From Azolla caroliniana (Eukaryota; Plantae; Polypodiophyta), in the NCBI GenBank assembly GCA_043228905.1, contig JBHGNT010000017.1:15996001-16060000 (forward strand): a DNA stretch of 64,000 nucleotides. The letters are read 5' to 3'. Both the position numbers and the translations under genes were made by a program. This document shows, piece by piece, positions 14,201 to 24,429 of the stretch (position 1 is its first letter; every line of letters starts with the position of its first letter). The notes beneath the pieces were generated by a model. That model searched no databases. It saw only the letters and a program-made list of their open reading frames with translations, and was not told the origin of the DNA.

Positions 14201-14737
14201 TGTCAAGAATAGTACTAAACAGAGAGAGAATTAGTACTAGAGAAGAGAAGTACTATTAGTACTAAGAGGACGGGACTGCGTAAGATTCCCGAGAGAGGAA
14301 GAGAGAAGAGGAGAGAGAGAGAGATAGCGAGAATGAGAGAGAGAGAAAGATGATGACAACAACTAATATATTATGTGAAAGATAAGTACAAAGTGGCTAA
14401 GAGGCTTAAGACTGGCATTGAACCAATTTGGTTCAAAACAATGCCTTGTGCCTCCTTTTATAGGGTTTTTAGGAATAATCCTGAAGCTTCTAGAATGTTC
14501 CAGAGAGATCTGGAATATACATCAATTTTCTATGATAAAGCATAAATGAAAATAATATCCTACAAATTACAATTCATAGTCTAATGGTAAGAGCTTGACC
14601 CATGTAGCATAAGGTCATGGGTTCGAATCTTGCCATATCATGACACTATCTCCCTCTTAAAGATGACGAGTGGAACGAGTCAGCGCTGATTGTGGAACGG
14701 GTTTGTCCGGATACTTTCGGTGGAAATCAGCAAGAAG
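14201..14737 (-). mobile_element. 3' end of a Tcn1-like chromovirus: chromodomain tail, PPT and 445-bp 3' LTR
   Basis: LTR at 14201-14645 (minus strand TGTCATG..CTTGACA), adjacent PPT AAGAGGGAGATAG, and ORF end LLADFHRKYPDKP typical of fungal/Tcn1-type chromodomain tails. Confidence 0.8.
14577..14636 (+). promoter_or_regulatory. tRNA-like Pol III A box and B box inside the LTR
   Basis: TAGTCTAATGG (14577) and GGTTCGAATC (14620) at tRNA spacing with a wobble-paired T arm. No proper acceptor stem. Confidence 0.55.
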
Positions 14738-15099
14738 TGACAGGAACTGCACACTCCCTATACGCAACGCTCGGCCACAACCGAGCTTAGAATCATACAC
14801 AGAAAATGGGAAATGAAAGCACGACACAATGGAGAGAAGAGTACACAGGATGTTTAACGTGGAAAACCCTGAGAGGGAAAAACCACGACAGTCCACTGAC
14901 TGTTAACTATCACTATGTCACAATAATTACAACAGTGAGCTCACGGAGGCAACGACCTCGCGCTCACGATCTTCGCCACAGGCGGCGGTTACAAAAGAGG
15001 CAGTGACCTCTTCCTCTCTCTCTCTCTCATCATAATATCGCTTTGCGTCCACACACACACACACACACACTCTCTCAGGGCTCTCTCTGGTGCCGAGCT

Positions 15100-15530
15100 C
15101 GCCATAGCCATCGCCATCGCCATTGTTGCTGCTCCTGCTACAGCTGCCGTGGACCCTCTCTCTCTCTCTCTCCTGCTCTCCTCTCTCTGTTTTGACCGTT
15201 ACGTGGCCGTCATCTGCTGCCGCTGTCGTCTGCAGCCGCGTCGCCTGCTGTCGCTGCCGTCTACTGTTGCCGACGACGCCGCCTGTTGTCGCTGCTGCTG
15301 CTGACGCCGTCGTCGCCTGCTGCCGTCGTCGCCGTCGTCTGCCGACTGTCGCCGCCGTCTGCTGCCGCCGTCTCCGTCGTCTGTCGACGGTCGTCGTCGT
15401 CTGCTGCCGCCGTCTGCCGTCTGCTGTCTGCCGACTGTCGCCGTCGCCGTCACCGTTGCCATCTTCTTTCGTCTACCGTCGTTCTTGGGCGTGTTGTTTG
15501 CCGATTGTCGCCGTCCCCGATTCTTGGCCG
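15100..15530. repeat. GC-rich GCCGTC/GCTGCC low-complexity tract in the LINE 5' UTR
   Basis: Dense GCC/GTC/CTG triplet repeats, CpG-rich against an AT-rich background; possible internal promoter. Confidence 0.8.
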
Positions 15531-15708
15531 CTTTTATCGTGTGTAGCCGTTGCCCTTCATCGTGGTACTTCACTTACCGGACGACGTCACCGGCTGAAAC
15601 AAGCATACATGTGCTTCTACACTCATATCTAGCGCGAAAGACGTTGATGCTCGGCTAAGTTTTTTCTGTCCTTTTGTCTTTTTCTTTCTTTATCTTTTGA
15701 ATTACAAG

Positions 15709-16500
15709 ATGACTTCTCGACGAAACCATAAGGAAACAAACGAAGAAATTATAAGTAAGGAAGATTTTTTAGATGTCCTTAACCGGTTCGTTAAAATGGA
15801 AAAATGGGTGAAAGAAATTGAAGCTGAAAAACAAAAAGATAAGGAAGAAAGAGAATTGCTTATTGCTGAAGTAGCGAAACTTAAGGTAGATAACGTAAAC
15901 CTTCAAAAACGAATTAAGGACCTTGAAACATCTAGGGAAGATGGTGAAATATCTTCTCTAGAGGATATTAAGGACGAGATAAAAAAAGTTAAAGAAGAGG
16001 TTAAAAGTGATATGGAACTAGCAAAAACTGGGTGGGTTGATGTAGTAAAACGTAATATTAAAAAAGAACTAAAGGACGAAAATATTGTAAACACTACCCT
16101 CGAGGAGGAAAAGATGCGTCAAGCTCGACGCCTAAATGTACGAGTTACTGGGCTCAAGGAAGGGGCATCTCCCGACGAAGATGCACAAACCTTGGGTAAA
16201 ATGTTGGGATATGAAGCCCTACCAATCACTAAAACTTGGAGGGTAGGGCGTGACACCACTAGGAAAAGAGCTTTAGTTCTTCAATTTAAGGACTCGGAAT
16301 CTAGAATCGCCTTTTTTAAAAAGAGACCAATTCTTCGAGGATTGGGCGGGGAGCCCATCTACCTCGATGAAGACTTGACCAAGATGCAAATTGAGCATCG
16401 TAAAACTTGTATGCCGCGAGTCATACAAGCTCGTAAAGAGGGGCATCGTGCCTTCTACCGAGACGGACGGGTCATAATAAATGATCGCGCTGCCAATTGA
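15709..16500 (+). CDS. LINE ORF1 (coiled coil plus RRM-like/CTD)
   Basis: Open frame with heptad-rich N-half and RLNVRVTGLKE..RVGR..RALVLQF..IYLDEDLT motifs. Confidence 0.85.
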   Translation: MTSRRNHKETNEEIISKEDFLDVLNRFVKMEKWVKEIEAEKQKDKEERELLIAEVAKLKVDNVNLQKRIKDLETSREDGEISSLEDIKDEIKKVKEEVKSDMELAKTGWVDVVKRNIKKELKDENIVNTTLEEEKMRQARRLNVRVTGLKEGASPDEDAQTLGKMLGYEALPITKTWRVGRDTTRKRALVLQFKDSESRIAFFKKRPILRGLGGEPIYLDEDLTKMQIEHRKTCMPRVIQARKEGHRAFYRDGRVIINDRAAN

Positions 16501-16506
16501 CGACGT

Positions 16507-19500
16507 GTGGCCCATGTGACAAATAATAGACTTAGGATGAGTTTATGGAATTGTAATGGTGCACTTTGGACACACCCTGGCCGTCTAGAGGAGATTTTGA
16601 GGGTATCTGATATACTTTTTTTGGTAGAAACACATCAAAGTCCAAATCGAGGATTACCACGAGTTGATGGTTTTCGTTGGGAATCCGTCTTTAGACAAAC
16701 CTCACGTCGACACACTACTAGAGGGTCTGGAGGGGTTGCGATATTATTTCGGAGAGAGATACATAGTAGGATAGAAATACTAAAGAAAGACCCAGAAGCC
16801 CGTTTTATGTGGGTGAAAGTACTCACTAGCAAAGATCAGGTGATATTTATTGCCATTTGTTACTTCCCCCCGAAAGGATCTCGGTATAATATGGCTGGAG
16901 TGGCGAGTATAGTTGATGAAGGAACGCCACATGGGCCTTCTCCATACGAACCTTTATCAGATGACATAATCCGATATTCTTCTCAAGGGGAAGTCTTCCT
17001 TGTAGGAGATTTCAATGCGAGAACCCAATCCCGCCAATGCACAATATTTCAGATGGATAGAAACCTAGAAATGGTGAATGTCGACCCTTTAGCCTTAGGC
17101 ATAACACGTACATCAAAAGATCAAGGTGCGGACGCCACAAGCTTTGGCCATCATCTGCTTGAACTTGGAAGCCGACACCAGATGATCATATATAATGGCT
17201 TAGCCAAGTGGCCGGGCTCGGAAGAGCTCACATGTTTCCCACATGGAGGAGGGGAAAGCACAGTTGATTACCTAATAGGACGCCCTGAAGCTACCCACAT
17301 GGTTAGCTCCTTCCGGGTGGCCCCATGCCCCATTGGCGCAGACCATAGCTTCCTATACTTTGAGCTAAAATGTGACGCCTCCCACGCCACCAACTCTAGT
17401 AAACCAACCCATCACACCATAATACATTTCACGCATGAGCTCGCTGACATCTATTCTCGACATGTTCAAGCGCATCTCTCCTCTTTTGATTCTTCCTTGT
17501 CTTTAGAGCACCTCACTACAGAACTCACACACATCCTCCACTCAGCAGCAACTAGTAGCTTCCCATACACGAAAGACTCCAATCATAGTAGAGTTGGGTC
17601 TATGCCACAGAACAAGTGGTATGATGAGGATTGTAGAGAGTTGTATAGACAACTTAAAGTATCGCGGCTTAGTGGTACTATTTCCTCAGTACAGGCTCGC
17701 AAAGAGATGCGCAAGATGACACGTCGTAAAAGACGGGCTTGGGAAGCATCTCAATATTGGGAACTCTACCATATGCTCATGAGTAGGGATTGTGCCCTCG
17801 CATGGAAGAGGCTACGGGAACCGAGACCACAAACACCCATCGAGGATCCCAATATTTGGCACACATATATTGAGAGACTCTACCATGTCCCGAACCAACC
17901 ACCCATTCCAATGCCCTCCACACCTCGACCTACCATGGGGACACTTTTCACGACCTCTAGGGTCACAAAGGTCATCAAAAAATTACAACATAGGAAATCC
18001 ATGGACCACACAGGATTGTGTGCCGAGCACATCATATATGCTCGAGAGTGCCTAGCCCCCCTTCTCGCTCTAATCTTCAACCGCGCCCTCGCCGAGGGTT
18101 TTCCACCACAATGGGCCATGAACACAGTGGCCCCTATACATAAAGGAGGGGACTCAATGGACCCAAATACATATAGGACCGTTATGATAGGTCATACGCT
18201 CGCTAAACTATATGGTGCAGTAATGGAAGCGGAGCTCAGTGATTATATGGAAACATTAAGTCTTCGAGCACCTGAGCAAGCTGGCTTTAGACGAGCCTTC
18301 TCCACTATTGACCATATCTTCACACTCAGGTGCTTAATTGACCAGACAAAGGCTCGTAAGAAGAAACTATATTGTTGCTTTGTGGACTTTCGCAAGGCCT
18401 TTGACACGGTTCCTAGGGAAAGGTTGTTTGATAGACTTAAGAGCTTGGAGATACCAGATGACATGATCTGGGCCATTTATGCCCTATATGAGCAAGTCTC
18501 TGGGTGTGTAAGATGCCCAGGTGGCCTATCCGATTGTTTCACTAGCACCATTGGTGTAAAACAGGGTTGCCCCCTATCACCGACTCTTTTTGGGATCTAC
18601 ATTGATGAGATCACTGATTTTATTGCTCGTAAGGGAGGCAAGGGAGTAGCTATTGGGGAGACGCAAGTTAGTCTCTTACTCTACGCAGACGACATTGTCT
18701 TGCTCTCAGAGTCGGAACACGACCTACAAAAGCATCTTAATGCCCTGGATGACTTTTGTACACAATGAGGACTGGTAGTGAATTTAGCGAAAACTAAAGT
18801 CCTTATCTTTCATACATCGTCCCGAGTTAGGAGTCAATGTCACCTAATCCTCTCTCATAAACCAGTTGAGGTAGTGGGATCGTATGTATACTTGGGAGTC
18901 ACCTTTAGTGCTCGCTCAGGTAAATTCTCGATGACCCAGGCAGCCAAAGATAGGCTAACGAGAGGGTATGCATCCCTCTCACTCTTAGAGAGACAATGCC
19001 ATCAGGCATACTTTCAAGAGCCACAGACTAAGGGATGGCTTTTTGACTCATTAGTGACCCCGTCCCTCATGTATGCATCAGTAGTATGGGCTCCAGGTTT
19101 ACCATCTTTCATGTGGACGCAATTAGAGAGACCTTTAGTGACGATGTTATCACGTCAACTCCGAAGCAAATCGACAGTACCACATGACATTATTAGAGCT
19201 GAGTTCAGTCTACCCCCGATGTTAGTAGAAGCACTCTTTCAAGTGGTAGTTTTTATTCATCGGATACATAGCCAACCACAAGATAGGATATCCCGTCGAG
19301 CCTTTGAGGCGTCTCGATCTTTATATGTGTCTGGCGACACTAGCTCTTGGTATAGCATCGTGGTGAGTTGGCTCCGTGCGAACGGCATAGACATTAATAA
19401 CCTACCTCCCCTTAAGTACAACCATGGGACTGATCAAACTTTAATCTCTCACGAAGATCGTAATAAAGTGATACGCCAAGAAATATGGCAAATTTACACT

Positions 19501-20250
19501 CGATACAAATGGATCACCCCACGAGAACCACTCCCATCTAAAATGGTGTACTATAAGGAACACTTCTTGCGCTTCTCTACGCTAGGCTTTATTACACGAC
19601 CAAGATATTTAGATACATTCTTATCAAATGCACTAAGGGTGGCCATTGGACAACTTAGGATATCATCTCACCAACTTGAGATTGAGAATGGTCGGGCTAA
19701 TAGAGTCCCTAGAGAGGAAAGGTTATGTAGGTTATGCCACATAGAGGTAGAGGATGAGTATCACTTCACATGCAAATGCCCAACTTATGCCGAGATACGA
19801 GCGGAATACTAAGAAATACTAGGACCCTCTCCCACCCTCTCCAAACTATTAGATACCCCGAATGTAAAGAGACTAGGTAGATATATCTTAGACCTAAAAC
19901 AACATAGGGAGAATAAATTACAAAGTGCTAATGATAACCCTCTTAGTATTCATCACCATGTAACTAGTGTAATTTTTCAGGAACAAGGGGAGACGATGAA
20001 TGTGGATACACTTACGCCGCTCGGCCTCTCCCTTGAGGAAGCAGAAATGCAAAGAACAACGAAACGCCCTCGAATGTTGGGCTTCAAAACAAGTCAACGT
20101 GGAGTAGACAAGATTAAGAAGATAAGGGAACGTGAGCTACGTCGACTAGAAGCTATGGTTGGGGTACCTCTTACATGGGGACCACGGGCCACATCCACAT
20201 CGCAACCCTTTGACCTTCTGCTTCTCTTCGAGAGACTTGGATGGAAATGA
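16507..20250 (+). pseudogene. LINE ORF2 (APE endonuclease, RT, Cys/His domain) with two nonsense mutations
   Basis: WNCNG, VET, GDFNA, STVDY, ADH; QAGFR, VDFRKAFD, GVKQGCPLSP, YADD; LRISSHQLEIENGR and CRLC..EDEYHF..C. TGA at 18766 (CGA in copy 3) and TAA at 19810 (CAA in copy 3). Confidence 0.93.
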
Positions 20251-20649
20251 AAATAACAATTGTATAACACCATTTTCATTGTAGTAGAACATGTTTCTAT
20301 ATAAAACATGTTTGTTATTTTTTAGAACTATTTAGCTTAAACTCTATTTTTCATCTTATTTTTATTTTTACTTCGATGAATGGGTAAATATCCCATTTTT
20401 GTTGTAAACCATTTGTCTCATGGGCCAATTTTGGCCTTAGAAGACGTTAATATATCTTTCTTTCTTTCTTTCTTTCTTTCTCTCTCTCTACACTGTTCCG
20501 CGCTCTCAAGTCTTGCACCAACAAGAATGACAACAACACTCTGCAAAGTTTGCCCTAAGTCATATTTATACTAATATGACTTTTCGGCTATTTACAAATA
20601 TAGTCCAGATGGACTCTCAGAAACATATTTACAAATATGTCCCTTCATC

Positions 20650-20900
20650 CGGTGAGCACTTCTCACCGGGTATTCATCATCCGGCTCTTGCCGGGTACTC
20701 CTCCTCCGGTTCTCACCGGGTTTGCACCATCCGGCTCTCCGTAGCGGGGTACTCGTCATCCGGTTCTCACCGGGTCTGCACCATCCGGCTCTCTGTAGCT
20801 GGGTACTCGTCATCCGGTTCTCACCGGGTCTTCCGTAGTTGGGTACTCGTCATCCGGTTCTCACCGGGTCTTCCGTAGCTGGGTATTCTTCATCCGGTTT
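20650..20900. repeat. Tandem repeats in the U3 region of the copia B LTR
   Basis: GGGTACTCGTCATCCGGTTCTCACCGGGT recurs about five times in units of about 39-57 bp. Confidence 0.85.
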
Positions 20901-23900
20901 CGGCCTTGGCAGAGTTTACTAATCAACACTGTTCTTCTCACTTCCCATCCGGAGGGACCTATTTCCCAACAAACTCCCCTTTCACTCCGGCATGGGGTGT
21001 CTTACTAGTCCGATCCGCTTCCGGCATACATCTAGCTTGTTGGGTATCAGTACTTTGGTCAGCATATCTGACCCGTTCTCGGCCGTGTGGATCTTCGTCA
21101 GCGCGAACTCCTGGTCATCTACTCTTTCCCGGATCTAGTGATACCTACGCTGGATATGCTACGTTCGGGAATAGTAGGTCGCATTCTTAGCAAGGTGGAT
21201 GGCACTTTGACTGTCGCAGTAGAGCTGGTATTCATCTTGCCAGATACTGAGCTCTCCGATGAAGTCCTTCATCCATAATATTTCCTTGCCGGCTTCCACA
21301 GCCGCCATGTACTCCGCCTCCGTGGTTGACAACGCAACTGTCTTCTGCAGCCTCGACTGCCACGAAACAGCTCCCCCTGCATATGTCATTACATATCCGG
21401 ATGTAGACCGGATGGTATCCTCATCAGCCGACATGTCCGAATCGGTAAAACCGTCAAGTTGAGGTTTTCCAGAGCTGAATCAGAGACACATGTTTGAAGT
21501 GCCCTTCAAGTACCGGAGTATCCATTTGATTGCGTTCCAGTGCTCCTTGCCGGGATTGATCATAAACCGGCTCACCACTCTGACTGCGTAGCCTATATCC
21601 GGTCGGGTACACACCATTGCGTACGTCAAGCTCCCGATGGCAGAGGCATATGGAACCTTCATCATATCAGCCTTCTCTGCTTTCGTCTTCGGGCTTTGCT
21701 TATTGGATAATCTGTAGTTTGCCGGGAGTGTCGATCCGACTGGTTTCACATCTAACATGTTGAACCGCTGAAGCACCTTTGTCACGTACTTCTCATGTGA
21801 CAACCATAGTTGCTTCGTTGGCCGGTTCCGGATGATATGCATCCCCATCATCTGTCTTGCCGGACCCAAGTCTTTCATTGAGAAGGTCCAGTTGAGAGCC
21901 TTCTTCAACATCCGTATTTTGCCTTGGTCCCATCCGACGATCAACATGTCGTCCACATACAGAAGGAGTATTAGGAAGTCGCCTCCTTCGAACTTCTTCA
22001 CAAACACGCAGTGATCGGCCTGCATCTTGTGGTACCCTTGATCGGTCATGAAGGAGTCGAACTTCCGGTACCATTGTCGGGGCGCCTGCTTCAGTCCGTA
22101 AATGCTCTTCTTCAACCGGCATACCAGGTGCTCCTTCCCCTTCTTCACAAATCCTTCCGGTTGTTGCATGTAGATCTCCTCTTCGAGGTCACCGTGAAGG
22201 AATGTTGTCTTCACGTCCAACTGCTCTACCTCGAGGTCCATGCTTGCCGCTATACTCAGCACCGTCCGGATGGAGGTCATCTTTACTACCAGGGCAAATA
22301 TCTCGTCGACGTCCACACCCTTCTTCTGTTGGAACCCCTTCACCACGATCCTGGCTTTGTATCTCGGGGGGTTTCCGACATCTCCCAGTTTCAACTTGTA
22401 CACCCACTTGTTTCGGAGTGCCCGCTTTCCTTTCGGCAACTCCACCAATTCGTACGTATGGTTCCATGCAGGGAATCCATCTCATCCTGCATGGCACTTA
22501 GCCATTTGTGGCTGTGGGCGTCACTTTTAGCTTCCTCGAAGCTTTCTGGCTCCCCCCCATCGGTCAGCAACACATGCTCTGAATCCAGAAATCTTCGGGG
22601 GGGCTTTCTTTCTCTGAGAGGATATCTCCGTCTTTGGCCTTCGGCAACCGGCTCCACTATTTGATCTTCATCCGAATCCAATTCGGGGTCTTGGCCGGTT
22701 TCGGTTTCAGCTTCCTCTACTTCTTCTTTTGCCGGTTCGGTATCCTCACCGTAACCGGCTGGTTCCTCGAGTGCTAACCGGTCTCTTGCCGGTTGGGTCT
22801 GCTCATCGTCGAATCGATCCTTACCGATCGACTCAGAGTTCATTATCTTCTTCTCCGACTCCCAGTCGGCGAGCGTCTTGTCCTCCATGAAGATAATATC
22901 TCGACTCCGGAATACCTTCTTGTCGACCAGGTCCCACACTCGGTAGCCGAACTCATCGTCACCGTAACCGAGGAATATGCATGGCCGGGTCTTCGGATCC
23001 AACTTTCCTCTCCGGTCCTTAGCTACGTGCACGTACGCGAGACACCCGAATACCTTCAAATGCCGGTAGGACACTTCCTTACCGGTCCAGACTCTCTGTG
23101 GTGTGTCTCCGTCCAAGGGTACTGAGGGTGATCTGTTTATGACATATGTCGCTGTCGACAACGCCTCAGCCCAAAACGCCTTGGGTAGTTTTGCATGCGC
23201 TAGCATACTCCGGACCCTCTCCATTATGGTCTGGTTCATCCTCTCGGCCAACCCGTTTAGTTCCGGCGTCTTCGGCACGGTAAATTCGAGCCGGATTCCC
23301 TTCGAGTGACAGCACTCCTTGAACTGCCCCCGGTATTCACCTCTGTTATCTGCTCGAACCGCCTTTAGCTTCCGACCGGTTTCTCTTTCTACTCTTGCGT
23401 GGAGCTCTTTGAAGACGGATAGCACCTGATCCTTCGTCTTCAACGGTGTAGCCCACAGCTTCCGGCTGTGGTCATCTATGAATGTCACGAAGTACTGCGA
23501 TCCTGCATGTGACTTCGTGTCCACTTGACACACATCAGTATGCACCAACTCCAGTGGTGCATTACGTCTCATCGGTGGCCTTGGTCAGAAGGAGGTCCGG
23601 CTTTGCTTACCGGCCAGACAATCAGTGCACTTCTCCAAGTGCACGTTCTTCATTGGTATGAGGTTGTCGTCTGCAAGCCTCTTCATCCCCTTCTCGCTCA
23701 TGTGGCACAATCTCTTGTGCCACAGCTCACCGGCAGTGTCAGATGCCACGTTCACTTCTTCCGGACATAACCAGGCATTCATCAGGTACAACATGTTTAC
23801 CTTCCGGGCCCGAGCCACAATCAGGCTCCCTTTGCTGAACTTCATAACACCGTTCCGGATGCTACCCGTGTAGCCTTCATCATCTAGCCGACTGGTTGAT

Positions 23901-23911
23901 ATCAGGTTCAC

Positions 23912-24427
23912 GGAATGTGAGCTACGTTGCCTAGAAGTTATGGTTAGGGTACCTTCCACATTGGGACCACGGGCCACATCCACATCGAAACCCTTTGACC
24001 TCTTGGCTTTTTTCGAGAGACTTGGATAGAAATGAAACTAGGCCTAGATGTCGGGCTTCAAAGCAACTCGACGTGGAGTAGAAACAATTAAGAAAATAAT
24101 GGAATGTGAGCTACGTTGCCTAGAAGCTATGGTTAGGGTACCTTCCACATTGGGACCACAGGCCACATCCACATCGAAACCCTTTGACCTCTTGGCTTTT
24201 TTCGAGAGACTTGGATAGAAATGAAACTAGGCCTAGATGTCGGGCTTCAAAGCAACTCGACGTGGAGTAGAAACAATTAAGAAAATAATGGAATGTGAGC
24301 TACGTTGCCTAGAAGCTATGGTTAGGGCACCTTCCACATTGGGACCACGGGCCACATCCACATCGAAACCCTTTGACCTCTTGCTTTTTTTCAAGAGACT
24401 TGGATAGAAATGAAACTAAGCCTAGTA
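23912..24427 (+). repeat. 189-bp tandem triplication of the LINE ORF2 3' end (copy 2)
   Basis: GGAATGTGAGCTACG starts at 23912, 24101 and 24290; homologous to about 20075-20250. Confidence 0.92.
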
Positions 24428-24429
24428 TA

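Larger units (their letters stand above)
15077..20486 (+). mobile_element. Near full-length RTEX/L2-group-like LINE (copy 1)
   Basis: GC-rich 5' UTR, ORF1, APE-RT ORF2, 3' hairpin module and (TTTC)n(TC)n tail. Inserted in a (CA)n(TC)n tract of the copia B LTR. Confidence 0.92.
14738..23911 (-). mobile_element. Ty1/copia element (copia B, Tnt1/Tork-like), 5'-truncated; 3' LTR (14738-20971) split by a LINE
   Basis: LTR starts TGTTGGGAAATAGG at 20971 and ends CCTGTCA at 14738; PPT at 20972-20985. IN TPELNGLAERMNQTIMERVRSML, RT YVDDML, RH ALSTTEAEY, GAG-pre-IN LWHKRLCH. Confidence 0.93.

Noticed and set aside
14577-14636. Functional tRNA gene
   Set aside because: No acceptor stem, no clean anticodon arm and no Pol III terminator.
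15585-15625. Hammerhead ribozyme around GAAAC
   Set aside because: No CUGANGA core and no correctly placed NUH cleavage triplet.
15123-15632. Arg/Cys/Ala-rich ORFs on both strands
   Set aside because: By-products of GC-rich triplet repeats in the LINE 5' UTR.
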